DNA from: Glaucostegus cemiculus
Taxonomy: Eukaryota
Length of the DNA: 64,000 nucleotides
Assembly: GCA_976551045.1 (NCBI GenBank)
Contig: CDPCPM010000043.1
Coordinates: 6,386,001-6,450,000, forward strand
Reading direction: 5' to 3'
Position numbers and translations under genes: made by a program. Position 1 is the stretch's first letter, and each line of letters opens with the position of its first letter. Of the stretch, positions 45,301 to 54,520 are shown one piece after another. The notes under the pieces are model-generated. The model ran no database searches and had not been told where the DNA came from. It saw only the letters and a list, made by a program, of their open reading frames with translations.

Positions 45301-47801
45301 TTGGAAGCATTTTAGGTTTAGATTTACTAAACTAATAAATGGAATGGGTGAGTTGTGTTTTGAACTGGGGTTGTATCCACTGGAGTTTAGAAGAATAAGA
45401 GGAGACTTGATTGAAATACATAAGATCCTGAGGAATCATGACAAAATGGATTTGGAGAGGATGCTTCATCTTGTGAGAAAATCTAGAACTAAGGGTCACT
45501 GTTTAAAAATAAGTGGCACCCATTGAAGACAGAAATGAGGCACACTTTTTTCTCTCACACTTTCATGAGTTTGGAACTCTTTCTCAAAAGGCAGTGGAAG
45601 CAGAGTCTTTGAATAATCTTAAAGCAGAGGTGGACAGATTATTGATCAGCAAGAGGGTGAAAGGTTATCATATGTAGACAGCCCATCCAGCCTGATCTGA
45701 TGGCAACCTGAGTTTGAATGATAGTGGCTAAAAGACCCACCTGCGTTCCAGTGAACTTATTTATCATTTCGAACACCTCAAATTCTATTAACTTTCAGTC
45801 TTCTAAACTAAGGGAATACAAGACAAGTTTTTGCAACCGACCCTTCTTAAAAGTTGTCCCTGACAACTTTTGTTCAACTAAAAAATTGTTTGTTCACATT
45901 TGTAATGCAGTCCTTTTGCATTGCCAAGATTTTACTAGCCTTCTGATTAGTTTTATATCTGTCCACTAGATTTTATTAATTTGAATGCGTGGTATTAAGA
46001 ACCTCAATAAATCTCTCTATTTCTTCTCACTTTTAGCATGTGGGAAAATATTTCAGTTCATGATTTTTTGGATGCAAAGTATAGCATCACAATCTCAGTT
46101 AAATTTAGAGAAACAAAGGACTACAGATGCTGGAATGAAGAAGGGTCCTGACCCAAAACATTGACCATCTGCTTTTCTCCATGTATGCTTCCTGGCCTGC
46201 TGAGTTCCTCCAGCATCATAGTGTTTTTCATCTCAATTAAATTTACCTTAGTGTTTCCTGTCAGTTAATATGGCTATTGCTCCTTGTGACCTTTTACATG
46301 CAGTTGCATAACTTACGATGCCTCCTGACTTAACTATACAACTCACCCTCTTATCAATCAGTCCATTATAAATATGGTGAAAGGCTGAGTCTCTGACACA
46401 GATTCTTCTGAACATCACTTGACTGAGCACAGTTGAATGCAGCATTTCACTGCTGCACAATTGTTCATCCAGGACAAAGTTCCCGTGTCTCCATTACACT
46501 CCCAGTCAGCATTCTTCCTCTTAAGCAGTTCCTCAGATTTGAGGATGACTAACTTCCACCCAGTTTTGTGGGTTCTGAGGACAATGTCTCTTTCACAGAT
46601 GGGACAGGAGTGGCTGATGGTATAGGCAGGTAGTTTGTCAGGTGGTACATTCCTTCTGCCAATCATGCAGGGCTTCTGTCTGCTCCGGTTACATAGCCTT
46701 GAGGTTCTCAATACCATCCCGATTGCTTTTTCTCCACTTTGAGCAGTAAAGGGCCTGAGGTTCCCAGGAGTCAATGGTGATGTTGCACTTCTTTAAAGAA
46801 GGTTTGAACAAAATCCTTGAATCTTTTTCACTATCTACCTGGTAATCTCTTCTCTGTCTGTTTCTGGAGTCTGGTGTCAGGCCTAGAAGTGGCATGGCAT
46901 ACCCAACAGAGGAAACTGAAAGTTTGCCATCATAATTACCTGTTGTTACACATCTAGTCCCATTAAAGTGCTCCCTGGTGGACTCTGCTCTTGGGAACCC
47001 CTTCAGAAGCAGACCTCTTCAGAAGCTGGTAGTACTCTCACCTCTAACTGTGAAAATCATGAGTAATGCCCACTCTGTTGCAGTACTGATGGAATTCAGT
47101 TCTGACTGTTCTTCAGGCCAGATGTTAAACTAAGGCTCCATCAGCTCTTATGTGGAAAAATAGAGAAAAGGAAATACTTAAATTTATTTAGCAACATTTA
47201 AAATAGCAGCACATCCCATTGTGCTTAATAGTCAATGAGGTAGTTTTGTAGTGTAGTCACCATGCTCTTAGTTATGGCATTGATTAGATAGAAGAGATAT
47301 TTTGATCAATATTTATCCTTGACCAAAATCACCAAAATATCTTGGCATTATCATGTTGCTGTTAGTGAGACCTTATCATATGTGTTTTCTGTATTGCAAC
47401 AGGGACTACATTTTGAAAGTGCTACATTGGTTTGGAGATTCTTTGTAATGTGCTGAGGTAGCACATTATAAATATATGATTTTAAGACAATCAAAATAAA
47501 ATCATTACCCAAATCACAAACATTTGGTGCTCAGAGCCCCACTAATCCCCCCACCCTAACCCTAACTTGCCCACTAATTAACAACCTAACCCAAAAAAAA
47601 GGACTGTAGCTTTTGGCAGCCTTCATCTTTGATATTGATCACTAACTCTCTTTTAATATTTCAGAAGGTGACGATGAAATCTCCTTTGATCCGGATGACA
47701 TCATCACAAACATTGAGATGATTGACGAGGGCTGGTGGCGGGGTCAATGCCGTGGGAAATTTGGCCTCTTCCCAGCCAATTATGTGCAACTGTCAGAGTG
47801 A
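15273..47801 (+). CDS. HCLS1: HCLS1/HS1 (cortactin family), complete spliced CDS: 15 coding exons, 1599 nt, 532 aa. Domains: NTA (DDW), 5.5 cortactin repeats, coiled coil, EP/Tyr region, SH3.
   Basis: All exon phases are compatible and give an open frame from MWKAAVGH to [12 protein letters not shown]1-diagnostic segments: [31 protein letters not shown], the EP repeat, EGDYE and ALYDYQGEG. It lies directly downstream of GOLGB1, as human HCLS1 does. Confidence 0.93.
16340..16810. repeat. Pyrimidine-rich low-complexity tract
   Basis: C/T-rich sequence that produces spurious P/S/L-rich ORFs. Confidence 0.7.
17015..17210. mobile_element. Palindromic (head-to-head) Penelope-terminal remnant
   Basis: gctggaagcactcagcaggttaagcagtatctgtggaaaga pairs with tctttccacaagttttgcctgacctgctgagtgtttctagc, with a central ctgatgag. 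Confidence 0.6.
17665..18500 (+). mobile_element. CR1 LINE RT/C-terminal fragment
   Basis: [15 protein letters not shown]...LQQDTDQL, then [24 protein letters not shown], with stops and frameshifts. Confidence 0.9.
18700..19430 (+). repeat. Degenerate ~33-bp tandem repeat (acagtgcagcactccctcagtactgccc.tctg), roughly 20 copies
   Basis: Repeating ctccctcagtactgccc and gacagtg motifs at about 33-bp spacing. Confidence 0.75.
19538..19611 (+). CDS. HCLS1: HCLS1 coding exon 2
   Basis: tttcag| [24 protein letters not shown](N) |gtaggt, 74 nt. Confidence 0.95.
21880..22090 (+). mobile_element. Deu-domain SINE remnant
   Basis: gtcctgaccaatattcctccc...gtttgtggaacctt...aattggctgct...gtgaaagttgctctgtaaatgcaag. 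Confidence 0.55.
22735..23070 (-). mobile_element. CR1 LINE fragment
   Basis: [14 protein letters not shown]...[28 protein letters not shown]. Confidence 0.8.
23080..24180. mobile_element. Decayed LINE fragments (RT region on - strand to about 23740, 3' end on + strand to about 24180)
   Basis: cagtcattgatgatgcagttgag...ctcctgcagt is the reverse of the GVPQG...INDL region. The + strand tail is ccaccatcttcttaagagcaactagg...aaatgaataaaa. Confidence 0.55.
25194..25323 (+). CDS. HCLS1: HCLS1 coding exon 3
   Basis: ctcacag| [43 protein letters not shown] |gtgact, 130 nt. Confidence 0.95.
26265..26375 (+). CDS. HCLS1: HCLS1 coding exon 4 (repeat 1/2)
   Basis: cttccag| [37 protein letters not shown] |gtaagg, 111 nt. 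Confidence 0.95.
26705..26945 (+). repeat. Degenerate ~65-bp tandem repeat (gtgtagagggagctttactctgtatctaacc...)
   Basis: Three to four decayed units, with further copies near 27280-27370, 43250-43430 and 62360-62480. Confidence 0.6.
27605..27659 (+). CDS. HCLS1: HCLS1 coding exon 5
   Basis: cctgcag| [18 protein letters not shown] |gtaaac, 55 nt. Confidence 0.95.
27762..28320 (+). repeat. ~28-bp minisatellite (gtgtgatactctctgtatttacccaggg), roughly 19 degenerate copies
   Basis: gtgatactct and tatttacc recur at about 26-30 bp spacing, up to the next splice acceptor. Confidence 0.8.
28340..28450 (+). CDS. HCLS1: HCLS1 coding exon 6 (repeat 3), GC donor
   Basis: ctcttag| [37 protein letters not shown] |gcaagt, 111 nt, phase 1-1. 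Confidence 0.85.
28515..30260 (-). mobile_element. Long degenerate CR1 LINE fragment, with a Penelope-terminal insertion near 29620-29745
   Basis: Reverse-strand CR1 3' UTR at 28520, then RT-derived [16 protein letters not shown]...[15 protein letters not shown]...LERYWG. Confidence 0.65.
30640..31445 (+). mobile_element. Degenerate CR1 LINE 3' fragment
   Basis: gagacatggcacatttaatgttggaaaagtgc...ERLEKLGF...atttggaatgagctaccagaaagg. Confidence 0.65.
31739..31849 (+). CDS. HCLS1: HCLS1 coding exon 7 (repeat 4), near-duplicate of 28340-28450
   Basis: cccctag| [37 protein letters not shown] |gtatgt, 111 nt. Confidence 0.95.
31895..32280 (+). repeat. ~40-45-bp degenerate tandem repeat (cacacaggatggcatcttgcaatcccactcc...)
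   Basis: About 8 units with a recurring cacacagga...cttgcaatccc core. Confidence 0.7.
32475..32585 (+). CDS. HCLS1: HCLS1 coding exon 8 (repeat 5, GWDH type)
   Basis: tttgcag| [37 protein letters not shown] |gtgagg, 111 nt. Confidence 0.93.
33325..33591. mobile_element. Tc1/mariner (pogo/Tigger-like) MITE, 267 bp
   Basis: TA|caggaagtccccaacttatgaac ... gtttgtaacccaaggacatcctg|TA: imperfect TIRs, a TA target-site duplication, and internal acttacgaa/gttacga repeats. Confidence 0.8.
34382..34437 (+). CDS. HCLS1: HCLS1 coding exon 9 (half repeat)
   Basis: ttttgcag| [19 protein letters not shown] |gtaggt, 56 nt. Confidence 0.95.
34860..35340 (-). mobile_element. CR1/HER1 LINE 3' fragment
   Basis: [32 protein letters not shown](WNALP), with the 3' UTR aacaggccctttggccca. 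Confidence 0.8.
35500..36300 (+). mobile_element. Interrupted CR1 LINE fragments
   Basis: ggaatctgggtgtcctggtgcatga...ttggtctccttatttaaggaaggatgttaatgcagtggaagcagttcagagaag, with a CR1 3' UTR near 36230-36295. Confidence 0.6.
38229..38298 (+). CDS. HCLS1: HCLS1 coding exon 10
   Basis: cattgcag| [23 protein letters not shown] |gtgagt, 70 nt. Confidence 0.95.
39200..39680. repeat. CT-rich low-complexity tract
   Basis: About 480 bp of almost pure C/T directly upstream of an exon acceptor. Confidence 0.75.
39700..39848 (+). CDS. HCLS1: HCLS1 coding exon 11 (coiled coil)
   Basis: tctgtag| [50 protein letters not shown] |gtgagc, 149 nt. Confidence 0.93.
40010..40350 (+). mobile_element. tRNA-derived V-SINE (HE1-like), near full length
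   Basis: Box A-like tggtgcagctagt, box B-like ggttcaaccc, V-domain gtgtagagtttgcacattctccc...tttcctcccacatcc, and a CR1-type tail. Confidence 0.85.
40640..40910 (-). mobile_element. CR1 LINE 3' end
   Basis: caagaccacctggccactcaagactaccccaccattcaatgtgat...ctctggggtagagaattccagagg. Confidence 0.65.
40948..41175 (+). mobile_element. 5'-truncated V-SINE
   Basis: cagtttcctcc...caaagatgtgtggattggtagattaattggctactg...gggctgaagtgcctgtttccatgttgtataactct. Confidence 0.7.
42766..42960 (+). CDS. HCLS1: HCLS1 coding exon 12 (Pro-rich, with (EP)11)
   Basis: cccacag| [29 protein letters not shown](EP)11[14 protein letters not shown] |gtaatg, 195 nt, phase 0-0. Confidence 0.88.
42853..42918 (+). repeat. 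Coding hexamer microsatellite (GARCCA)11 encoding (Glu-Pro)11
   Basis: Direct count: 9 gagcca plus 2 gaacca. Confidence 0.95.
43733..43868 (+). CDS. HCLS1: HCLS1 coding exon 13 (acidic Tyr motifs)
   Basis: cattacag| [45 protein letters not shown] |gtgaaa. The donor is weaker, but its phase 1 matches the next exon. Confidence 0.82.
44538..44606 (+). CDS. HCLS1: HCLS1 coding exon 14 (start of SH3)
   Basis: ttcacag| [23 protein letters not shown] |gtaggt, 69 nt. Confidence 0.92.
45075..45690 (+). mobile_element. CR1 LINE 3' fragment
   Basis: [50 protein letters not shown]. Confidence 0.85.
46500..46865 (-). mobile_element. RTE-clade LINE C-terminus and 3' end
   Basis: [34 protein letters not shown], followed by a CPIC...LRTH zinc-finger-like end, characteristic of RTE/BovB-like ORFs. 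Confidence 0.75.
47020..47480 (+). mobile_element. Deu-domain SINE remnant
   Basis: tggtagtactctcacctct...cagatgttaaactaagg...caatatttatccttgacc...attatcatgttgctgttagtgagacctt...gactacattttgaaagt. Confidence 0.6.
47665..47801 (+). CDS. HCLS1: HCLS1 last coding exon (SH3)
   Basis: atttcag| [45 protein letters not shown], with TGA at 47799-47801. Confidence 0.96.
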
Positions 47802-47809
47802 ACATTGGC

Positions 47810-47935
47810 CAACTTGATAGGATCCAAAATGTTGACCATTTCTTTGCCTCCACAGATACTGCTTGACCCACCAAGTTCCCCCAGCAGTTTGTACTTTCCT
47901 CCAGATTCTAGCATCTTCGGTCTCTTGTGTCTCCG
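47810..47935 (+). mobile_element. Penelope-terminal remnant in the HCLS1 3' UTR
   Basis: ccaaaatgttgaccatttc...tccacagatactgcttgaccc...ccagcagtttg...cagattctagcatct. Confidence 0.6.
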
Positions 47936-48758
47936 ATAGGAATTTTGGTTTCTCACTTTCCATGGACACCAAACATTTGGTGTCTGAAGTTGACTATTTT
48001 GTACCTGCCAAGCATATTTCCATTCCTCCCACTGAAGCCTGAATCCTTTGCTTTCCTTAACTGAAGCAGTTGCCACACTAACAAGGCAATCATCGCAGTG
48101 GAAGTGGCCATTCAGCCCAATGCTCTATACCAGGACCAGCCCGTTAATCAGTGTTGCCTAGTAGAATCCCATTTCCTCAGATTTTTTTTGTTCATTTTCC
48201 TCCTTTGCAAACTATAATCAGGTTGCTGGTCCTGCTAGGGGAGCTATGCCCTCACATTCTTTTATTTATTGTGGAATAATGGACTCCAATTTGGCTCACT
48301 CACCACTCTCTAAATTGGTGGATGTTGAAGTGCATGTACCTAGGCATCTTGTGACCTTTACTATGCAGCCTGCTCCCTGCCATGGTTATCTTTCTCCCGT
48401 CTGTTCACCATTCAAATCCCTGCAGTAATCTGGAGGATAAACCTAATGGCAAATTAATGTTGTATCTGTCCCCACCTTTGTGAACCCATCATCTCTGAAC
48501 CTACATGGCGTCAACTGGTCACATACAACTTAGGCGTGTCTCAGCCACTATGGAGTTGGACTGTGACAGTGAGCCTCAGATCTTCAACTGGGGGACATTT
48601 GTGACAATAACAACTGCCCTAGTGGACAGATACAATCCTCATCTCATGTCAATGAATTATGCTATTTAACTAAACTCACTGGGAACCTTTGCACTTTGCT
48701 GTCATAATCAACTTTGTAAGCTAAACTCAGCTGTCAGCTTCAAAGTCTGTATCATTCC

Positions 48759-48764
48759 AATAAA
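48759..48764 (+). terminator. HCLS1 polyadenylation signal (about 1-kb 3' UTR)
   Basis: AATAAA followed by a U/GU-rich downstream element (tgtttttaagtcttgcttcttatttgctttttt). Confidence 0.6.
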
Positions 48765-49154
48765 AAAAAATGTCCATGTTTTTAAGTCTTGCTTCTTATT
48801 TGCTTTTTTTCATTCCGGACAACGCCCTAATGATTCAAATGTCTCAATATCACCAAAAAAATTGATACTAAACCACACAAACAGATATTAGGGCAGCAGC
48901 ATGTTCAAAGAGGTGAGCTTTAAGGATCTGAAACATATGTTTTGGAAGAGAATTCCTGAGTTTAGATGAACAGTGGTGTAATTAAATTGGGGGTGCTTAA
49001 GAATTTAGAACTGGACGAGTTCAGATAATTTGGGGGCTGGTGGGTGATTCCTGGTGAGCATGTAATAGGGTGAGAATTCTAGACCAATTGTAATTTTCTT
49101 CCTCAGCCAATCCAGGCTACCTTAGGGCCTCTACTCACCTATATAACAAGAGAA

Positions 49155-49460
49155 AAAGTAATGTTCTACATTTTGGCAGAAGGAATAAAAAAACAGAATT
49201 TTGTTTTAAATCATGAGAAACTGGTTAATGTTTGAGTGCAGAGAGATATGACTGTGCAGGTTCAGGAGATGCAGAAAGTAAACATGCAGATACAGCAAGC
49301 AATTAAGAAGACAAATTATTTGTTGGCCTCAATTGCAAGAGGGTTGGAGTACAAAATTCAGGAAGTCTTGAAGAGATTGCACAGAGTTTTGGTGAAAATG
49401 CATTTGGAACACCACACAGTTTTGGTCTTCATACCTCAGGAAGGATGTACTGACCTTGCA
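49155..49460 (+). mobile_element. CR1 LINE fragment
   Basis: VQRDMTVQVQEMQKVNMQIQQAIKKTNYLLASIARGLEYKIQEVLKRLHRVLVKMHLE. Confidence 0.85.
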
Positions 49461-49477
49461 AAAGAGAAAAATCTGAA

Positions 49478-49597
49478 CTTCATTCTATCCAGAAAACTAA
49501 AGTCTCTCATTCCTGTAATCATTTTAGTAAATCTTCGCTTCATTCTATCCAGAAAACTAAAGTCTCTCATTCCTGTAATCATATTAGTAAATCTTCG
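49478..49597. repeat. 60-bp direct tandem duplication (2 copies, 1 mismatch)
   Basis: cttcattctatccagaaaactaaagtctctcattcctgtaatcatWttagtaaatcttcg, twice. Confidence 0.95.
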
Positions 49598-50080
49598 ACA
49601 CTGTCTTTAAAGGTTTACATCTCTCCTAATGTGTGGCACCCAGAACATACACAGTATTTCAATTCTGGTTGAACTAGTTAGTATGTTATAAAGATTTGTC
49701 ATGACTTCCTTCCTCTTGTTCTCTGTACCCAAATGTATTTTTTGCTACATTCTCAACCTGCTCTTTCATATTCAATGAACCATGCACACATGTCCCCAGA
49801 TCTCTATTTCTTTTACTCCTTTTAGACTCAAGCCCTCTGTTTTATCTTTTCTCATTTCTTCCTACCAAAATGTAACAGTTCACGTTCCTCTGCATTAAAT
49901 TTTATTTGCCATCTATTCCACCAGCCTGTCCATATCTTCCAGTAGTCTATTCCTGTCCTCCTCACTATTCACTGTGCCTCCAAGTTTTGTATCATCTGCA
50001 AATTTTTAAATAGCCCCCTGTGCACACAAATCAAAGCCAACAATATATGTTACAGAAAGCAGTGGTCCCAATCCCTTGTG
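49500..50080 (-). mobile_element. CR1 LINE fragment, opposite orientation to 49155-49460
   Basis: cctccaagttttgtatcatctgcaaattt is the reverse of KFADDTKLGG; ttttatttgcca is the reverse of WQIK. Confidence 0.75.
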
Positions 50081-51109
50081 ATCTCCCACTAGTATCTTTT
50101 TTTTAACCTGGAACTTTGCTTTGGTTGTCCATTACACGCTGCTGGGCTGAATGGAGCTTTGTCTCACTCTTGCAGTATTCAATTAAATGGCTAAAACAAC
50201 TGAGGTGAGGATGTGTCTGAAACTCTGCTGGGCTTGTGCTGAAGTATATGTCTGTTGCTGCTGAACTTCCACTCAAGCAAGATCAAAGACACAGTGGTTG
50301 GAAGTGTGCATGTAATCCATTATTACTAAGTACTGCACCCAACTAGAAGCTTTGAAAGTCAGCAGCAAGCCCTGCATGGTCAATTTTAGTACAGCACTCT
50401 AATATTTAACTCAGTCATTAAACTATTTTTGACAATTCATATCTCTATCTGGAATCGGCAAATAAAATAACCATTGACAATTGAAGTATCAAAACTCTGG
50501 CCGACTCACTTTCAGAAGTTACTTCACCATACATACCAACTGGAGAACCTGATGCCGTTTATTTACTCTGTCCATAATTTCTCAAGAAAAGAATAAGTAG
50601 ACCTTAAATAAATGTAACTGTCATTATTTTTAAAACCCTCAAGCCTAGAAATAGTAATTCATCCTTTTTATCTATTAAACAGATGCTGACGTAGGCCAGT
50701 TGGGTAACTGACAAGTATAAGGAGATTGAAATAAAACATCGTTAAAAAAATAAAGGTGGTCTTTTCCCAATAAATATGTGTTAAAGTTTAACGTGCAGTT
50801 CCCAATAACAGCTGCACAAAGAAATTGGGCATGTAGTCTTATTTCTGTTGTCAGATCTTAAAGGACCTCTCTCCATGACGTATAATCAGAAAATACTAGA
50901 AACACACAGCAGGTCAGGCAGCATCTGTGGAAAGAGAAGCAGAGTTAATTTTTCAGGCTAAAGACCCTTCAGCCTAGGGCATAAATAATCTGTGTTTAAA
51001 AAAACATGTACACATTGATCCCATTTCTATGCATCAATGCCCAGTCTATATAAAATTTTAAATGAAAGTATGTCACACAGAGCTATTTAATAATATGAAT
51101 ACTTAACAA

Positions 51110-52480
51110 CTCAGTCTCTGAAACCCATGACTTCCTCCATGAGGAAGGACAAAGGGAGCAGCTACATGGGAATACCTTCCTCTAAACTTCTCCTCTATGT
51201 CACATACAGTACAATCCTGACATGAAGTACATCCGTCAATTACTTACCATCGCTGGCTCAAGAATTCCCCACCTAACAGAATCATGGGGAAGCTTCACCA
51301 CACATACAGTAGCAATTCAAAATAAAGGCCCAACCGTACCTTCTCAAGGGATGGACAATGAATGACCCAAGCCAGTGACAACCATTTTGCCTGGTTGTCA
51401 GAGAAAACATTCCTTTTACAGGTGTGTATACCTTTAATTACTAAGTGTATAGTTATGTCGTATAACTTTGCTGCTTGTTGTTTCAGCCGCTGCTGTAATG
51501 ATAAAGAAGCAGCAATATATTTCCAAGTCAGGATGATGGGAAACTTGGAGGGGAATTCCCATATACCCAAAGTTCTATCCTTCCTGGTGAGAGAGGTTGT
51601 GGGCTTGAGAGATGCTATTGTAGTAGCCTGGGCAGTGCATTTTGTTGATGGTAAGTGCTGTAGCCACTGTGCATGGTTAGTGGAGGGAACAAATGTTTTG
51701 GGTGATTGAGGGTGTCAGTCAAGTGAGCTGCTTTGACCTGGATGGTGTTGAGGTTCATGAGTGTTGAGAATATTTCATCACACTCCTGACTTGTGTCTTT
51801 TTGATAGAGGAATGAACTTGAGGTGTCAGAAGGTGTGTCACTGTCCACGGGATACCCAGTCTCTGACTTAAGCCACACTATTTAAGTGCTTCACCTAGGT
51901 GTTACTGATCAATGGTAACCACCCCCCCACCCCGCCTCCCCAAGATATTGATGGTGGGAGGCTCGGTGATGGTAATACCTTTTATCATCAAGGGTGGGTG
52001 GCGACACTTTCTCTTGGGGATAGTATTGCCTGGCATGGATGTTACTTGCTGCTTATCAACCCTTTCCTGAACATGGTCTCAGTCTTTCTGCAAGTTAGTG
52101 CTGCTTCATTTGCTGATGAGTTGAAAATGGAATTAATTAACCATTGCAGAATCATCAGCAATCACCACCACCACCCTCTCCACCCCCTGCCCCCTCCAAA
52201 ACCTTATGATGAAAGGGAGGACTTTGGGATGAAGCAGCAGAAAATGGCTGAGCCTAGGACATGGCTCTGAAGAAGTCCTGCAGGCATATCTGGGGCTGGT
52301 ATGATTGCCTTCCAACAACCACTGTCATCTTCCTTTGTGAATGCTTTAGCTTTGTCTTTATTGATTTATCATTATTAAGAATGGAGATATTTTTGGAGCC
52401 TCCTCCTCCTATTAGCTCTTTAATTGTCCATCTCCTTTCACTACTAGTTATGGCAAGACTGCAGAGGGCTGATTCTGCAT
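51110..52480. mobile_element. Decayed LINE fragments (same family as 23080-24180)
   Basis: + strand tail at about 51110-51420. On the - strand, the RT region includes aagcagcagaaaatggctgagcctaggac...ctgaagaagtcctgc. Confidence 0.5.
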
Positions 52481-53339
52481 TAACTAAGTTGTTGATTGTG
52501 AACACTTCGAGAAAAGTGATGAACATATCTGTTGTTCCAAATAGGTGTTTCCATTGGTTCAGTAAGTAACCCTCGCCTGGGAACCCAAAAGCTTTTGTGT
52601 TCAAGTTCCAGCCCAGAGATTTGAGCGTATGATCTAACATTTCAATGCTACACTGTATTTTGGACAAAATGTTAAACAATGGTCCTAAATACCCTGTTGA
52701 GCAAATATAACATAAAGCACTGTCTGAAGTAAACAAAAAGTAAATAACTGCAGATGCTTGAAATTTGAAAACCATAGAATGTGGATAATGTTGGGCAGCA
52801 TCTGTGGAGAGAGAAAAAAGTTTTCTCCAATTATATTTAACTCCAGTAAAATAAGACAGCCAGCGTGAAATTTATCCTCTAGTATCCAGAGCCGGTCTTG
52901 AAGCCACAGACTGATCATTAACTTGCTGTATGGCATGTCTCTTCCATTACAACAGCGTACACTTTAGAAAAGTGTTGGTTGTAAGGCCCTTTGGGATGTT
53001 GTGCAATGCTGCAGAAATAGGGTTGTCATCTGTAATTGAGCATTCAGCTGAAGATTTTACCTCGTCCCTCCACACATGCAAAAATTCCTTTATCTGCATC
53101 ACATTTGGATCTAATAAATAAAATTGTTCAAAGAAAATGAAAAAAAAACCCCTCATTATATTTTAATGATCCTGTTATTTTCTGCCTGTGTATCTTGCAG
53201 CAATGACCAGGAGATTAATCTTTATTTCCTGGAGGCTTGGCAACCCTGTGTTGAGATGCAAGTTTGTTCTTTCTTAATAAAATCCATTCCTGTGAGAACA
53301 AGATGAAATATATATTAAAAATGGTCATAGATTTAATAA

Positions 53340-53660
53340 GAGCCCCCAGCTCTTGTCTGACACGCACTGGGCAGCAATTCAGGCTCTGCAGCAGCGGCCT
53401 GTCGGCGCCTGCACTGGAGAACAAGCCAGGGGAGGGGCTCTCGCCGCAGGCGCTGCCTGGACAGCCCGCACCGGCCTCGGAGCGCGGTTCTTTAATAATT
53501 TGTTCCTGATTTTTTTTTTTCTTTTTTAATAATATTGATTTCATCAGCTGAGGTTCACAGGTTTATGCTGGTACGGAGTAGACAGGCGGCGCTTGGACAG
53601 CCTCGGTGAGGGGCCTGCCCGGCGTCTGTTGCATAGCTGCAGGAAAGCTGAGTGACGGAG
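53340..53660 (+). promoter_or_regulatory. CpG-rich promoter and probable non-coding exon 1 of RABL2
   Basis: CpG cluster, candidate donor TCG|gtgagg at 53606, and an X-box-like GTTGCATAGCTGC at 53628-53640. Confidence 0.55.
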
Positions 53661-54520
53661 AGGGAGAGTGGGAGAGGAGAGGGAGTGGGGAAGGAGGGAG
53701 AGGGAGTGGGGAGGGAGAGAGGAGAGGGAGTGGGGAGGGAGAGAGGAGAGAGGAGAGGATAGAAGGGAGGGGAGAGAGAAGGGAGGGGAGAGAGAAGGGA
53801 GGGGAGAGAGAAGGGAGAGGAGAGGAGGGAGAGGAGGGGAGAGGGAGGAGAGAGGAGGGGAGAGGGAGGAGAGAGGAGGGGAGAGGGAGGAGAGAGGAGG
53901 GGAGAGGGAGGAGAGAGGAGGGGAAAGGGTAGAGAGAGGAGGGGGAGAGGAAGTGGGGAGAGAAGGGAAAGAGGGGGAGAGGAGTGGGGAGAGAGGGGAG
54001 GGGAAGTGGGGAGAGAGGGGAGGGGAAGTGGGGAGAGGGGGAGAGAGGGGAGGGAAGAGAGAGAGTGGGGAGAGGGAGAGAGTGGGGTGAGGAGGGGAGA
54101 GAGAGTGCGTGTGGGGAGAGAGAGGCAGGGAGAGTAGGGGAGAGTGAAAGCTGGGGACAGAGCTGGGGGATGGAGTGAAAGACAGGAGAGAGTGATAGAG
54201 AGTGAAGGAGAGAGGGATAGAGTTAAGACGGGAGCGAGAGGGGTAGGGACACAAAGGCGGGGCAGAGAGAGTGGTAGAGTGAGGTAAGGAGAGAGAGATA
54301 GAGAGAAAAGTCAGGGGTAGAAAGGGATAGAGTGAAGTAAGGGGAAAGAAGGAGAGAGTGATAGATGGGGCGGAGAAAGGGATAGAGTGAGGTAGTGGGA
54401 GGAACGGGAGGAATAGAGTGAGTGACAGGTGTGTGAAGAGAAGAAATGAGGAAAATATAGATACAGGAAGAGAGAGGGCGGAGGTGAGGAGATAGGGAGG
54501 GAGAAAGCTAGGAAGAGGGT
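53657..54520. repeat. Polypurine GA tract, including several tandem 21-bp units (ggagagaggaggggagaggga)
   Basis: Nearly pure G/A on the + strand; the SLSPPLS repeats in the - strand ORF reflect the 21-bp period. Confidence 0.85.

Noticed and set aside
15273-47801. Calling the gene CTTN (cortactin)
   Set aside because: HS1-specific residues in repeats 1-2 and the half repeat, the EP tract, EGDYE and the position downstream of GOLGB1 all favour HCLS1.
53544-54254. 236-aa Pro/Ser/Leu ORF and the overlapping Gly/Glu/Arg ORFs
   Set aside because: These are translations of a GA/CT low-complexity tract; the same applies to the ORFs at 11991-12323, 16316-16675 and 39220-39699.
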